Source: Candidatus Arthromitus sp. SFB-rat-Yit
GTDB taxonomy: Bacteria > Bacillota > Clostridia > Clostridiales > Clostridiaceae
Direction: 5' to 3'
DNA: 32,000 nt
NCBI RefSeq assembly: GCF_000283555.1
Contig: NC_016012.1
Span: forward strand, 1,410,001 to 1,442,000
A model generated the notes under the pieces. The model saw nothing but the letters and a program-made list of their open reading frames with translations. It had not been told where the DNA came from and did no database searches. A program made the position numbers and the translations under genes. Below are positions 19,076-30,243 of the stretch, in pieces. Positions within the stretch are counted from its first letter, which is position 1, and each line of letters begins with the position of its first letter.

Positions 19076-20005
19076 ATGAATAAAATATGTGTTATTGGAA
19101 GTTTAAACATGGACCTAGTTTTGAAAATTAACGATATACCAAAGGTTGGAGAAACTATACTATCCAAATCATATGAAAAAATAGCTGGTGGTAAGGGAGC
19201 AAATCAGGCTATTGCTGCTAAAAGATGCGGCGCTGATGTATCCATGATAGCTAAAATAGGAAAAGATGAAAATGGTAAGATACTAAGAGAAAAGCTTAAA
19301 GAAGAAAACATAGATGTAACTTGTATTTTTAAAGATGACCAAGATCCAACTGGACTTGCTTTAATCATGGTAAATAAAAATGGAAATAATTCAATAGTAG
19401 TTGTTCCTGGTTCAAATATGAACATTACTGATAAAGAGATTGATAACTCAATTTCAAAAATTATAAACTCAGATATACTAATAGCACAATTTGAAACAAA
19501 TGAAAATATGACTTTAAAATCATTTCAAAAAGCTAAGGAGTTTAATAAAACAACTATATTAAACCCAGCACCAGCAAAAAAAATAGATGAAAAACTTTTA
19601 AAGTTAACAGATATCATAATACCAAACGAAACAGAAGCTGAAATTTTAACAGGAATTAAAATAAATTCTATTGATGATGCAAAGAAAGCAGGAGAATTTT
19701 TCTTAAATAAAGGTGTTAAATTTTCAGTAATTACCCTTGGGGAAAAGGGAGCTCTAATTGTAGGAAGAAATTTCCATGAACTAGTACATGCGTTTAAAGT
19801 AAATGCAGTAGATACAACCGCAGCTGGTGATAGTTTTATAGGCGCTTTATCCTCAAAATTAAATTTTAAAAATCTAAATCGAGAAACATTAAAAGATGCT
19901 GTAAGTTTTGGGAATAAAGTATCTTCTATAACTGTTCAAAGAAAAGGTGCTCAACCATCCATACCTTATCTTGAAGAAATAAAAAAGATTTATAAGGAGA
20001 ATTGA
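19076..20005 (+). CDS. rbsK: Ribokinase
   Basis: MNKICVIGSLNMDLVLKINDIPKVGETILSKSYEKIAGGKGANQAIAAKRCGADVSMIAKIG...VNAVDTTAAGDSFIGAL. RBS gagg-N8-ATG supports start 19076, not 19013. Confidence 0.95.
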   Translation: MNKICVIGSLNMDLVLKINDIPKVGETILSKSYEKIAGGKGANQAIAAKRCGADVSMIAKIGKDENGKILREKLKEENIDVTCIFKDDQDPTGLALIMVNKNGNNSIVVVPGSNMNITDKEIDNSISKIINSDILIAQFETNENMTLKSFQKAKEFNKTTILNPAPAKKIDEKLLKLTDIIIPNETEAEILTGIKINSIDDAKKAGEFFLNKGVKFSVITLGEKGALIVGRNFHELVHAFKVNAVDTTAAGDSFIGALSSKLNFKNLNRETLKDAVSFGNKVSSITVQRKGAQPSIPYLEEIKKIYKEN

Positions 20006-20008
20006 TTT

Positions 20009-20404
20009 ATGAAAAAAACATGCTTGTTAAATAGTAAAATAAGTTCAGTAATTTCAAAAATGGGGCATACAGACATGATTGCTATAGGTGATTGTGGATT
20101 ACCTATTCCAAAAGAAAGTAAAAGAATAGATTTAGCGTTAACTAAAGGTATTCCAAGTTTTCTAGATACATTAAAAGTTACTCTTACAGAATTAAAAGTA
20201 GAAGAAATTATAATAGCTAAAGAAACAAAAGATGTAAGCCCTTATATATTCAGCGAAATTGAAAATTTAGTTGGAGATGTCAAAATAACATTTGTATCTC
20301 ATGAAAATTTTAAAATGAATTTGAAAGAATGCAAAGCCATAATAAGGACAGGAGAACAAACACCATATGCAAATATAATTTTAAAATCAGGAGTTGTATT
20401 TTAA
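20009..20404 (+). CDS. rbsD: D-ribose pyranase
   Basis: [46 protein letters not shown]...[20 protein letters not shown]. In rbs operon. Confidence 0.95.
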   Translation: MKKTCLLNSKISSVISKMGHTDMIAIGDCGLPIPKESKRIDLALTKGIPSFLDTLKVTLTELKVEEIIIAKETKDVSPYIFSEIENLVGDVKITFVSHENFKMNLKECKAIIRTGEQTPYANIILKSGVVF

Positions 20405-20428
20405 TTAAAAAATAAGGAAGGTTTTGAT

Positions 20429-21931
20429 ATGAATACAAGAACCCCAATGCTAAAAATGGAAGGTGTTTCTAAAATATTTCCTCAAGTAAAGGCACTAGAC
20501 AACATAAACATAACCGCCTATAAAGGAGAAGTAACCGCCCTAATGGGAGAAAATGGTGCTGGAAAGTCAACATTAATGAAAATATTAAGTGGAGTATATC
20601 AAAAAGATGAAGGGAAAATTTTTATCGAAGGTGAAGAAGTTCAAATAAAAAATATAAAGTCTGCTGAAGAACATGGTGTAACAATAATACATCAAGAAAT
20701 GAGTCTTATTAATAATTTAACCATAGCTGAAAACATTTTCCTTGGTAATGAAAAATTCAATAAATACTCAAGAAATATAAATAAAAAACTACTTAAAGAA
20801 AGAAGCACGCTATTCCTAAATCAAATAGGATGTAATTTACATCCAGATAGATTAATAAGCAGTATAACTGTTGGAGAAAAACAAATGGTTGAAATTTCAA
20901 AAGCTTTAACTAAAAACGCAAGAATTATAATAATGGATGAACCAACAACTGCTTTAACAAAAGTCGAAACTGAAAATCTATTTAAGGTTATAGAAAATTT
21001 AAAAAAGAAAGGCATAGCAATCATTTATATATCGCACAGGATGGAAGAAATATTTTCAATATGTGATAGAGTTGAGGTTTTAAGAGATGGAAAATATGTT
21101 GGAAATGCCATGATAAAAGATATTGACAACAATAAATTAATTTCAATGATGGTTGGGAGAACAATCGAAGATCAATTTCCATACAGAGAAACAAAAAAAG
21201 GAAATGTATTACTTGAGGTTTCAAACTTAACCTCAAAATCTGGAGTTAACAATGTATCTTTTAATGTTAAAGAAGGAGAAATAGTTGGTATTGCTGGGCT
21301 TATGGGGGCTGGAAGAACTGAGCTTGCAAAAACTATATTTGGGTATTACAAAAAAGAAAATGGAACTATTAAGTTAAAAAACAAAGAAATAAATATCAAA
21401 AATATTCAACAAGCCATTAATAATGGTATCTGCTATTTATCAGAAGATAGAAAGAAAGAAGGATGTGTACTTGGATTATCTGTCGGAGATAACATGATAC
21501 TATCAAATTTATCTAAGTACGAAAATACCCTTAAAATTATAAACAAGACAAGAGCAAAAAAAGATATCGACTTCTATATAAAGAAACTCAATATTAAAAC
21601 CCCAAATAAAGATCAATTAATCAAAAATTTAAGTGGGGGTAATCAACAAAAAGTAATACTCGCTAAATGGCTTCTTCTATCGCCAGATATTCTTATAATA
21701 GATGAACCAACAAGAGGAATAGACGTAGGAGCTAAGAGAGAAATATACGAATTATTAAATGAGCTTAAAGAATCCGGTAAAGCTATAATAATGATTTCTT
21801 CAGACTTACCTGAAGTCTTAGGTATAAGTGATAGAATTCTAGTAATGAGTGAAGGTAAAATTACGGGTGAATTAAGTCGTAAAGAAGCAACTCAAGAAAA
21901 AATTATGAAATTATCAGTTGGCATTAATTAA
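20429..21931 (+). CDS. rbsA: Ribose ABC transporter, duplicated-domain ATP-binding protein
   Basis: Two ABC domains ([12 protein letters not shown]; [12 protein letters not shown]; [36 protein letters not shown]). Confidence 0.95.
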   Translation: MNTRTPMLKMEGVSKIFPQVKALDNINITAYKGEVTALMGENGAGKSTLMKILSGVYQKDEGKIFIEGEEVQIKNIKSAEEHGVTIIHQEMSLINNLTIAENIFLGNEKFNKYSRNINKKLLKERSTLFLNQIGCNLHPDRLISSITVGEKQMVEISKALTKNARIIIMDEPTTALTKVETENLFKVIENLKKKGIAIIYISHRMEEIFSICDRVEVLRDGKYVGNAMIKDIDNNKLISMMVGRTIEDQFPYRETKKGNVLLEVSNLTSKSGVNNVSFNVKEGEIVGIAGLMGAGRTELAKTIFGYYKKENGTIKLKNKEINIKNIQQAINNGICYLSEDRKKEGCVLGLSVGDNMILSNLSKYENTLKIINKTRAKKDIDFYIKKLNIKTPNKDQLIKNLSGGNQQKVILAKWLLLSPDILIIDEPTRGIDVGAKREIYELLNELKESGKAIIMISSDLPEVLGISDRILVMSEGKITGELSRKEATQEKIMKLSVGIN

Positions 21932-21949
21932 TATTTGGAGGAATTAAAA

Positions 21950-22888
21950 ATGAACAATAATTTTAAAGAAATGCTAGATAAATATAAGTCTCTTATAGGC
22001 TTAATTATTTTATGCATTGTAATAACTATAGTATCACCCGCATTCATGACCTTATCTAACATAACAAATATTTTTACTCAGGTTTCAACAAATGCAATAA
22101 TTGCAATCGGTATGACATTTGTTATTTTAACTGGAGGCATAGACTTATCTGTTGGATCAACCGTTGCAATAAGCGGTGCTTTAGCAGCATCTATACTAAA
22201 ATCAACAAATAATATTCCCTTAGCAATTTTAGTTGCATCTATAACAGGTATAATAATCGGATTAATTAATGGTGTGTTAATATCAAAAGGTAAATTACAA
22301 GCATTTATCGTAACACTTGCAACCATGACAATATTTAGAGGAGCAACTCTAGTATTTACAAACGGTACTCCAATATCAAAATTGTCAGAGGCTTTCGTAA
22401 AAATTGGTAATGGAAAAATAGGGATAATTCCTATTCCCCTAATTATCACCATAGTAGTTTTTATCATATCAGTATATCTCCTAACTCAAACAAGATTTGG
22501 AAGATATTTATATGCTCTAGGTGGAAATGAAGATTCAGCAAAACTTTCAGGAATAAACACAAATAGAATTAAAACTCTTGTTTATGTTATATCTGGTTTC
22601 GCTTCATCAATCGCAGGAATTATAATTACTAGTAGAATAGGTTCTGCTTCCCCAAATGCTGGGACAAGTTTTGAGCTAGATGCAATAGCTGCTGTTGTTA
22701 TTGGTGGTACATCATTATCTGGTGGAGAAGGAAAAATCACCGGTACTATCATAGGTGCTCTTATCATTGGAGTATTAAACAACGGATTAAACCTAATGAA
22801 CGTATCTCCATTCTACCAATCAATCGTAAAAGGTTTGGTTATTTTAATAGCTGTATTATTAGACAAAAAAAGTAGAAAGAAAGCATGA
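21950..22888 (+). CDS. rbsC: Ribose ABC transporter permease
   Basis: MAIGMTFVILTGGIDLSVG-type motif (IAIGMTFVILTGGIDLSVGSTVAISG), GRYLYALGGNEDSAKLSGIN. RBS ggagg supports start 21950. Confidence 0.95.
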   Translation: MNNNFKEMLDKYKSLIGLIILCIVITIVSPAFMTLSNITNIFTQVSTNAIIAIGMTFVILTGGIDLSVGSTVAISGALAASILKSTNNIPLAILVASITGIIIGLINGVLISKGKLQAFIVTLATMTIFRGATLVFTNGTPISKLSEAFVKIGNGKIGIIPIPLIITIVVFIISVYLLTQTRFGRYLYALGGNEDSAKLSGINTNRIKTLVYVISGFASSIAGIIITSRIGSASPNAGTSFELDAIAAVVIGGTSLSGGEGKITGTIIGALIIGVLNNGLNLMNVSPFYQSIVKGLVILIAVLLDKKSRKKA

Positions 22889-22911
22889 TTTCAAAGTAAG
22901 GAGGAGATAAT

Positions 22912-23814
22912 ATGAGATCTTTTAAAAAAATATTATCTTTAAGTTTAATAGCTTTTTTAATGATTGGAATTTTTGTGAGTTGCTCAAGAAAAACAGATGT
23001 CAGGAAAATAGGATTAGTATTATCAACATTAAACAATCCTTTCTTTGTAAGCATGAAAGATGGAGCTGAGAAGAAAGCAAACGAACTTGGATATAAATTA
23101 ATCGTTCTAGATTCTCAAAACGATCCAGTAAAAGAGAGGTCAAATATTGAAGATTTAATTCAACTAAATGTTGAAGCCTTATTAATAAACCCAACTGATA
23201 GTGATGCAGTTATTAAAGCTATCGAAGTTGCAAATCAAAGTAACATTCCAGTAATAACCTTAGATAGGCAATCAAATGGCGGTAAAATAACAACACACAT
23301 AGCTTCCGATAACATTAAAGGTGGGGCAATGGCTGGAGAATTTGTTCTAGAAAAATTTGGTAACCAAAATATAAATATAGTAGAAATTCAAGGTATTCCG
23401 GGAGCATCAGCGACGAGAGATAGAGGTAATGGTTTTCATAGTGTATTAGATGATAAATCAAATGTAAAATTTATATCAAGTCAAGCAGCAGATTTCGATA
23501 GACAAAAAGGGCTTTCTGTTATGGAAAATATAATACAAGGCAACAAAGATATTCAAGTTGTATTTGCTCATAATGATGAAATGGCACTTGGTGCTGCAAA
23601 AGCAATAAGAGCAAATAATATAGATGCTGTTGTTATAGGTTTTGATGGAGGAGATGATGCTCTAGAAGCTATTGAAAGTAATGAAATGCAAGCAACAGTT
23701 GCACAACAGCCAAATTTAATAGGAGAACTTGGAATACAAATCGCAGATAAAATATACAACAAAGAAAGCGTTGATAAAGAAATTGCTGCAGATCTAAAAA
23801 TAGTAACCAAATAA
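22912..23814 (+). CDS. rbsB: Ribose ABC transporter substrate-binding lipoprotein
   Basis: Lipobox-type signal (LMIGIFVSCSRK), periplasmic-binding fold LVLSTLNNPFFVSMKDGAEKKANELGYKLIVLDSQNDPVKE. Confidence 0.94.
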   Translation: MRSFKKILSLSLIAFLMIGIFVSCSRKTDVRKIGLVLSTLNNPFFVSMKDGAEKKANELGYKLIVLDSQNDPVKERSNIEDLIQLNVEALLINPTDSDAVIKAIEVANQSNIPVITLDRQSNGGKITTHIASDNIKGGAMAGEFVLEKFGNQNINIVEIQGIPGASATRDRGNGFHSVLDDKSNVKFISSQAADFDRQKGLSVMENIIQGNKDIQVVFAHNDEMALGAAKAIRANNIDAVVIGFDGGDDALEAIESNEMQATVAQQPNLIGELGIQIADKIYNKESVDKEIAADLKIVTK

Positions 23815-23818
23815 ACAG

Positions 23819-23850
23819 AAGGATAGTATGAAATATACTATCCTTTTTAG
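23819..23850 (+). terminator. Terminator after rbsB, also lying between convergent rbsB and hsdS
   Basis: AAGGATAGTAT-GAAAT-ATACTATCCTTTTAG, perfect 11-bp stem. Confidence 0.8.
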
Positions 23851-23859
23851 TTTTATAAC

Positions 23860-25086
23860 TTATGAAATACTTTTAAAAGTAAGTAGCTTGTCCCTATAGT
23901 ATTCGTATTGTTTTTGTCTTGCGGAAATTTCTGCAGGGAGTCCCTCAGTTAAATCGTTACAAAGCTTATCAAATCTATCAAGGATTGAAACTATTCTTTG
24001 TTGTTCTTTGAGTGGTGGGATTGGGATTTTTGTTTTTAATATGTTATCATTGTAAAGTCTTGCAATTGTTCCACCTGTTGATATTTTCCAAGGTTTTTTT
24101 TGATAATAATGCCATAAATACTTATTAATAACTTTTGAATTATCATGCTCAAGCCAAACAATATTTGAATCTTGAAAATACGATGGTTTACCATCAAACT
24201 CAACACTTTTACCTATAGTACCTGAACAAGAAATTAAAATATCTCCTTTCTTAGGATATGGGAAAATTGATATATATTTTTCAAATAAATCTTTTGAAAT
24301 ATATGCATCTGCTTGTTTTCCAAAAGTACCTATTTTATAAAATGGTACATCTCCAATAGTACTTGTTTGTTCTTTTAAAATACGTTTACACATTTTTACT
24401 TTCCCAATTTCTCCAAGCTCTCTCCACTCAACTCCATCACCAAACGTAAGCAACTTATCTCTATAATACTCATACTGTTTTCTTCTTGCTGTAAGCTCAG
24501 TCTTAAGATTTTCTATAAGTTCTGTAGTAATATTTGTAAACGAATCTAAAATATGTACAATCTCTTTTTGCACTTCTAGGGGTGGAATTGGGATCAAATA
24601 ATTCTCAAATCTTTTTTTGTCAAGCGATGGAACAGCACCACTCCCATTAGCAAAGTCCATTAAAGAAATACCACTTAGAAAATAAAATAGAAATGAAGAA
24701 TTAATTTTTTTTGCTATAATTCCCATAATATTATTATCATAACAAGATTCTTTTGATAGTATCCTTTTCTTATTTGTAACCATCGTTGCACCAACTTTTG
24801 GAAATATGATTGTTCCTTTAGGTGCTGGCTTGCATTTTAATTTATTTGCGGTTTCTCTACTAACATAATTATTCGCTGTCTCCATATACATAAGTGAATT
24901 ATTCATATCTGCTACTTTATAAAATGGATAATATCCATTTAAATTTCCTTGTTCGATTGATGGAAATAACCATCCGGCTCTGAATTCAACAACCTCACCG
25001 ATTTTTTTAAATTCAACCCCATCAGGACAAAATTCTTTTATCAATTTATCAAGTTTACTCAATCTCATATCCTCCATTTTCCTCAT
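23860..25086 (-). CDS. hsdS: Type I restriction-modification system specificity subunit (HsdS), two target-recognition domains
   Basis: Two TRD-like halves, each ending with the repeat (E)ISARxKQYEYYRDKLLTF; IPIPPLEVQKEIVHILDSF and IPIPPLKEQQRIVSILDRF. The track ORF starts at 25134; the more likely start lies within MRKMEDMRLSKLDKLIKEFCPDGVEF. Confidence 0.92.
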   Translation of the reverse strand: MRKMEDMRLSKLDKLIKEFCPDGVEFKKIGEVVEFRAGWLFPSIEQGNLNGYYPFYKVADMNNSLMYMETANNYVSRETANKLKCKPAPKGTIIFPKVGATMVTNKKRILSKESCYDNNIMGIIAKKINSSFLFYFLSGISLMDFANGSGAVPSLDKKRFENYLIPIPPLEVQKEIVHILDSFTNITTELIENLKTELTARRKQYEYYRDKLLTFGDGVEWRELGEIGKVKMCKRILKEQTSTIGDVPFYKIGTFGKQADAYISKDLFEKYISIFPYPKKGDILISCSGTIGKSVEFDGKPSYFQDSNIVWLEHDNSKVINKYLWHYYQKKPWKISTGGTIARLYNDNILKTKIPIPPLKEQQRIVSILDRFDKLCNDLTEGLPAEISARQKQYEYYRDKLLTFKSIS

Positions 25087-25145
25087 TTCCCCTTCAAACG
25101 TAATTAATCCACTATAAAAATTATAACTTTTCAATTTTACATAAC

Positions 25146-25179
25146 AAAAACCCCTAAAAAGTCATTTACTTTCTAGGAG
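25146..25179 (-). terminator. Rho-independent terminator after lysS
   Basis: Minus strand CTCCTAGAAAGT-AAATG-ACTTTTTAGGGGTTTTTG, 12-bp stem with G-U pairs, T5 tail. Confidence 0.8.
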
Positions 25180-25189
25180 CTATAATTTA

Positions 25190-26656
25190 TTATTTCAAAG
25201 GTTTCATTGTAGGGAATAATATTACATCTCTTATCGAATAAGAATTAGTCAAGAACATTACAATTCTATCAATTCCAATTCCAAGCCCTCCAGTTGGCGG
25301 CATACCATATTCAAGAGAATACATAAAATCCTCATCTATAGAATAAGCTTCGTCATCTCCAAGTTCACGATCAAGCTCTTGCTTTGAAAATCTCTCTCTT
25401 TGAACTATAGGATCATTAAGCTCTGAATATGCATTACATATTTCACGACCATATATAAATCCTTCAAATCTCTCTGTAAAATTCTCATCTCCCCTTTTCT
25501 TCTTTGTAAGTGGAGATATCTCAACAGGATAATCAATAATAAAAGTAGGTTGTATTAAATTATCCTCAACATATTTCTCAAACATAGCATTCAAAACTTC
25601 ACCTTTTGAACAATCCTTAAGATTCTTTTTAAATTCAAGATTATGCTCTTTTGCAATATTATAAGAATCTTCAAGCGTCAATGTATTAAAATCAACACCA
25701 GAGTATTCATAAACGGCATCAAGCATACTAATCCTTCTCCATGGGGGAGTAAAATCAATCTCTGTTCCTTGGTAATTAATTTTCATACTTCCACAAACTT
25801 TTAAACATACGCTAGATATTAAATCCTCTGTAAGTTTCATCATATCGTTATAATCCGAATACGCTTCATAAAGCTCAATCATAGTAAATTCTGGATTATG
25901 CTTTATATCAATTCCTTCATTTCTGAAGTTCTTTCCCATTTCATAAACTTTATCAAATCCTGAAACTATAAGCCTCTTTAAATAAAGTTCCGTTGCAATC
26001 CTCAAATACATATCCATATTTAAAGTATTGTGATGAGTTAAAAATGGACGTGCTGCAGCACCACCTGCAATCAATGAAAGTATAGGAGTTTCAGCTTCCA
26101 AATATCCTCTATTATCTAAAAATGAACGTATCTCAGATATTATTTTGCTTCTTTTTAGAAAAACATCTTTAACATCTTTATTCATTATTATATCTATTTC
26201 TCTATGTCTATATCTTAAATCTGGATCCGTTATACCATGAAACTTCTCTGGAAGAACTCTCAACGATTTTGATATTAAATTAATCTTTGAAACCCTTACA
26301 GTAATTTCTCCAACTTTAGTTTTAAATACTTCACCTTCAACCCATATAATATCACCTATATCATATGAAAAAACATTATCTAATACTTCTTTCCCTAATA
26401 TATCAATCTTTACAAAAATTTGAATCTGTCCTAAAGTATCCTGTATAGTTATAAATCCTGCTTTTCCTTGTCCTCTTTTAGTCATAATTCTCCCAGCAAG
26501 TTTTACAACTCTACCCTCATAATCTGAATAATTATCAATTATGCTCTTAGAATAATCTGTAACATCTACCTTATAAACGTTAAATGGATCCATTCCTCTT
26601 TCTTGAAGATCACTAAGTTTATTGCGACGTATAAGCTCTTGTTCATTAAATTCCAT
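25190..26656 (-). CDS. lysS: Lysyl-tRNA synthetase, class II
   Basis: [25 protein letters not shown]...[27 protein letters not shown]...[31 protein letters not shown]...[21 protein letters not shown] aaggggag upstream of 26656, not 26722. Confidence 0.96.
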   Translation of the reverse strand: MEFNEQELIRRNKLSDLQERGMDPFNVYKVDVTDYSKSIIDNYSDYEGRVVKLAGRIMTKRGQGKAGFITIQDTLGQIQIFVKIDILGKEVLDNVFSYDIGDIIWVEGEVFKTKVGEITVRVSKINLISKSLRVLPEKFHGITDPDLRYRHREIDIIMNKDVKDVFLKRSKIISEIRSFLDNRGYLEAETPILSLIAGGAAARPFLTHHNTLNMDMYLRIATELYLKRLIVSGFDKVYEMGKNFRNEGIDIKHNPEFTMIELYEAYSDYNDMMKLTEDLISSVCLKVCGSMKINYQGTEIDFTPPWRRISMLDAVYEYSGVDFNTLTLEDSYNIAKEHNLEFKKNLKDCSKGEVLNAMFEKYVEDNLIQPTFIIDYPVEISPLTKKKRGDENFTERFEGFIYGREICNAYSELNDPIVQRERFSKQELDRELGDDEAYSIDEDFMYSLEYGMPPTGGLGIGIDRIVMFLTNSYSIRDVILFPTMKPLK

Positions 26657-26678
26657 TTCAACACTCCCCTTAAATTTT

Positions 26679-27158
26679 CTACTTCCTCTGTATTTTAATA
26701 ATTTTATATTTGCAATTTCCACCTGGAGTATTAACTATAAATTCCTCATCTACTTTTCTCCCTATAATCTCTGATCCAACAGGAGATTCATTTGATATCT
26801 TATTTTCAAAAGTATTAGTTTCAGCCGATCCAACTATTGTATATGTAACTTCTTCTTCAAATTCAAAATCGTATAATGTGACTACAGATCCAATGGATAC
26901 AACATCCGTTGAAATTTCACTTTCGTCTATAAGCTCAATATTTTTAAGTTTATTTTCTATTTCAGCAATTCTTCCCTCAACAAAAGCCTGTTCATTTTTC
27001 GCCTCGTCATACTCAGAATTCTCACTTAAATCTCCATATCCCCTAGCAACCTTAATCTTTTCTGTAACTTCTTTTCTTTTAATAGTTTTCAAATACTCAA
27101 GTTCTTCCTCTAATTTACGCAAACCATCATTAGTAATTAAATATTTCTTATCACTCAT
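26679..27158 (-). CDS. greA: Transcription elongation factor GreA
   Basis: [64 protein letters not shown]...[16 protein letters not shown]. Track start is 27167, 3 codons upstream. Confidence 0.96.
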   Translation of the reverse strand: MSDKKYLITNDGLRKLEEELEYLKTIKRKEVTEKIKVARGYGDLSENSEYDEAKNEQAFVEGRIAEIENKLKNIELIDESEISTDVVSIGSVVTLYDFEFEEEVTYTIVGSAETNTFENKISNESPVGSEIIGRKVDEEFIVNTPGGNCKYKIIKIQRK

Positions 27159-27245
27159 AAATTCCATCTTCTCCTTTAATAAAAAATTACTAATAAAAAA
27201 ACTATTTGATAATTATAAATAATACTAGTTTTCCTGTCAATGTAA

Positions 27246-28220
27246 TCAAGCTATATTCTTATACTCTTCTAGTAAATTTAATATTTTATCTGGATCAGTC
27301 ATTTTAAATACTTCACTTTTGAGTTCAGTTGATCCATAAAGCCCTTTAACATACCATCCTATTTGTTTACGCATCTCAAATACAGCAACTCTTTCCTCCT
27401 CATACTTTAAAGCCTTATTATAGTGTTCAATTAAATTCCCAACAATAAATTCATGCGTTCTAACTTTTGGAATATACTCTATGCCTTTAATTTTTGAATT
27501 TAAATAATCATTTAAATCCTCAAATATCCAAGGCCTTCCATGAGCTCCACGAGCAACAGCTGCAAATTTACATCCCGTATGCTCTAAAATTTTAAATCCG
27601 TCATCATAATTAAATATATCTCCATTTGCAATGATAGGAGTTTCAACAAGCTTATTTGCTTTTTTTATAATTTCCCAATCTGCATTTCCCTTATACATTT
27701 GCTTTGCATATCTACCATGTATAGTTATAAAATCAATCTCATTACGCTCAAGTACCTTTATAACATCATAACAATTTATTTTATTTTCATAGTACCCAAT
27801 CCTTATTTTAACTGATAAAGGTTTCTTTATTACACTTCTTAATTTATAAGTTATCTCATCAACTTTTTTAAGATCAAGTGTTAGTGCAGATCCATCTCCA
27901 TTTTTAATTATTTTTGATGCTGGACATCCCATATTAACATCTAATATTTCCACATAATCAAGATTTGATATAATTTCCCCTGCATGAACTAAATGCTCAG
28001 GATTGCTCCCAAATATTTGAACTCCAACTTTCTCTTCCAAATCACCTTTTTCAAATATTTTTTCAGTTTTATCACTTTTATAATAAAGTGCTGTCGAGCT
28101 AACCATCTCTGTGAAATTTATACCATCATGATATTTAGCACACATCTCACGAAAAGCAATATTATTCACACCTGCCATAGGTGATAAAATAAATCTACTC
28201 TTAAACTTATCATATAACAT
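27246..28220 (-). CDS. dusB: tRNA-dihydrouridine synthase (Dus family, DusB-like)
   Basis: ILSPMAGVNNIAFREMC...VQIFGSNPE...LDVNMGCPASKIIKNGDGSALT...ITIHGRYAKQMYKGNADW...PIIANGDI. Confidence 0.93.
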   Translation of the reverse strand: MLYDKFKSRFILSPMAGVNNIAFREMCAKYHDGINFTEMVSSTALYYKSDKTEKIFEKGDLEEKVGVQIFGSNPEHLVHAGEIISNLDYVEILDVNMGCPASKIIKNGDGSALTLDLKKVDEITYKLRSVIKKPLSVKIRIGYYENKINCYDVIKVLERNEIDFITIHGRYAKQMYKGNADWEIIKKANKLVETPIIANGDIFNYDDGFKILEHTGCKFAAVARGAHGRPWIFEDLNDYLNSKIKGIEYIPKVRTHEFIVGNLIEHYNKALKYEEERVAVFEMRKQIGWYVKGLYGSTELKSEVFKMTDPDKILNLLEEYKNIA

Positions 28221-28245
28221 AATTTTATTTTCTCCTCACAAACAA

Positions 28246-28272
28246 AAGAGTCTTAGATAAAATCTAAGACTC
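28246..28272 (-). terminator. Rho-independent terminator after ftsH
   Basis: GAGTCTTAGAT-AAA-ATCTAAGACTC (28248-28272), perfect 11-bp stem. Minus-strand tail is TTTTGTTTG. Confidence 0.85.
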
Positions 28273-28276
28273 ACTT

Positions 28277-30082
28277 TTAAGAATTTTTAAATAATTCTTC
28301 AAACTCCTCACCATCAAGTTTCTCTTTCTCTATTAGAGCCTTGGCAACAGCATGAAGTTTTGATATGTTCTCTGATAAAAGCGTTTGAGTTTTATTATAC
28401 GCTTTATCTACTATTTTCTTGATTTCTTTATCAATTTTAGATCCTAATTCTTCTGAGAAATTCCTACTCTTTGTAAAATCTCTTCCCAAGAAAACTTCAT
28501 TATCTCCCCCAAAAGAAATAGTTCCAATTTCTTCACTCATACCATATTCCATAACCATTTTTCTTGCAATGTTACTAACTCTATCAATATCATTTTTAGC
28601 TCCTGTGCTTATATCACCTAAAACGAGTTTCTCAGCAACACGACCACCTAAAAGAGATACCATATCCTTTTCAAGATCAGACTTAGAAATATAATCTTTA
28701 TCTTCATCAGGTAAATGCATAGTGTATCCACCTGCCATACCTCTTGGTATAATACTTATTTCATGAACTCTATCATATTTATCCAAAAGTCTAGACACTA
28801 CCGCGTGACCAGCCTCATGATAAGCTGTAAGCTTATTAGTTTTCTCTGTTCTAATTTTACTCTTCTTCTCAGGTCCTGCTAACACTCTAGTTATAGCTTC
28901 TTCCATTTCATCCATTGTTATAAATTTCTTACTGCGTCTTACTGCTAATAAAGATGCTTCATTGGTTAAATTTTCAAGATCAGCCCCAGTAAATCCAGGA
29001 GTTCTTTTTGCAAGAACATCAAGTTTTATCTCATCTGATAGAGGCTTATTCTTAACGTGTATCTTAAGTATTTCTTCCCTACCTTTAACATCTGGTGCTC
29101 CAACTATTATTTGTCTATCAAATCTTCCTGGTCTTAATAATGCAGGATCCAATATATCAGGTCTATTTGTTGCTGCAATTATTATTATTCCCTCGTTTAC
29201 CCCAAAACCATCCATCTCTACAAGTAACTGGTTAAGTGTTTGCTCTCTTTCATCATGTCCTCCACCAAGTCCAGCTCCCCTATGTCTACCTACAGCATCA
29301 ATTTCATCTATAAATATAATACATGGTGAATTCTTTTTAGCCTCGTTAAATAAATCTCTAACCCTTGATGCACCTACACCAACAAACATCTCGACAAAAT
29401 CTGAACCGGATATACTAAAAAACGGAACCCCTGCTTCCCCTGCAACGGCTTTTGCAAGGAGAGTTTTACCAGTTCCAGGTGGTCCGAATAATAACACTCC
29501 TTTAGGAATCCTCGCTCCCATTTCAATATATTTTCTAGGTTCTCTTAAGAAATCTACAATCTCCTCAAGTTCCTCTTTTTCTTCCTTAGCACCAGCAACT
29601 TCCTTAAAAGTTATCTTCTTAGTATCTTGAGTAGCCATTTTCGCTCTACTCTTACCAAAATTCATAACTCCTCGTCCGCTTCCTCCACCTTGAGATTGTT
29701 GCATAAATAAAAACCATAATCCAAGTGACATTATAATAATTATCAAGGATGGAACAAATTGAAGCCAAGCAAAAACATTGCTTTGTTCTTCATATTGCTC
29801 AACTACATCCCCATTTTTAGGATATTTATTGAACAATATATTTAACCTATTTTGAGGTACAACAGTAACAAATTGCTCTCTGTTTTTAAGGCTACCCTCT
29901 ATAGCCAAACTTCCTTCTCTTATTTTTATACTTTGAACTTCATCATTTATCCAGTACTGTTCAAATTTACTATATGGTATAGTTTTATCTGTCCTTGTAG
30001 ATTCAAAATAAAAAAGTCCAACTATAAAAACCATAACAACTATTACAATCCAAGTTGTTATATTCGAAAAGCTTTTCTTCAT
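28277..30082 (-). CDS. ftsH: ATP-dependent zinc metalloprotease FtsH
   Basis: N-terminal TM segments, [49 protein letters not shown] region, zinc site HEAGH. Confidence 0.97.
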   Translation of the reverse strand: MKKSFSNITTWIVIVVMVFIVGLFYFESTRTDKTIPYSKFEQYWINDEVQSIKIREGSLAIEGSLKNREQFVTVVPQNRLNILFNKYPKNGDVVEQYEEQSNVFAWLQFVPSLIIIIMSLGLWFLFMQQSQGGGSGRGVMNFGKSRAKMATQDTKKITFKEVAGAKEEKEELEEIVDFLREPRKYIEMGARIPKGVLLFGPPGTGKTLLAKAVAGEAGVPFFSISGSDFVEMFVGVGASRVRDLFNEAKKNSPCIIFIDEIDAVGRHRGAGLGGGHDEREQTLNQLLVEMDGFGVNEGIIIIAATNRPDILDPALLRPGRFDRQIIVGAPDVKGREEILKIHVKNKPLSDEIKLDVLAKRTPGFTGADLENLTNEASLLAVRRSKKFITMDEMEEAITRVLAGPEKKSKIRTEKTNKLTAYHEAGHAVVSRLLDKYDRVHEISIIPRGMAGGYTMHLPDEDKDYISKSDLEKDMVSLLGGRVAEKLVLGDISTGAKNDIDRVSNIARKMVMEYGMSEEIGTISFGGDNEVFLGRDFTKSRNFSEELGSKIDKEIKKIVDKAYNKTQTLLSENISKLHAVAKALIEKEKLDGEEFEELFKNS

Positions 30083-30122
30083 TATTTTAACCCCCCTCCC
30101 TTTAGCAAATAAATACTATAAA

Positions 30123-30151
30123 ATTTTATCACACCAATTTTTATTAAACAA
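30123..30151 (-). promoter_or_regulatory. Candidate sigma-A promoter for ftsH
   Basis: On the minus strand TTGTTT - 17 nt - TAAAAT (-35 at 30151-30146, -10 at 30128-30123), 40 nt upstream of the start codon. In very AT-rich DNA this is suggestive only. Confidence 0.45.
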
Positions 30152-30243
30152 GTAACATATTTTATTATTTATAAACTTATTTTATTTTAAACTATATCTA
30201 AAATCTTTAAGAATTTTAATATACAATATTACCTATTTTGAAC

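Noticed and set aside
19204-23810. Minus-strand small ORFs (19204..19425, 20821..21024, 21021..21236, 22078..22467, 22582..22782, 22839..23054, 23000..23194, 23568..23810)
   Set aside because: All are antisense to or straddle the rbs operon genes. The hydrophobic translations mirror AT-rich coding sequence.
23860-25190. Possible defence island around hsdS
   Set aside because: Only hsdS is present. The neighbours (rbsB, lysS) are housekeeping or metabolic, with no methylase, nuclease, toxin or recombinase in the window.
26710-28184. Plus-strand ORFs 26710..27222 (170 aa) and 27993..28184
   Set aside because: Antisense to greA and dusB. The Ser/Phe-rich translation is typical of the complement of Glu/Lys-rich coding DNA.
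28419-30112. Plus-strand ORFs of 91, 222 and 86 aa
   Set aside because: Shadow ORFs antisense to or spanning the start of ftsH, with no independent protein features.
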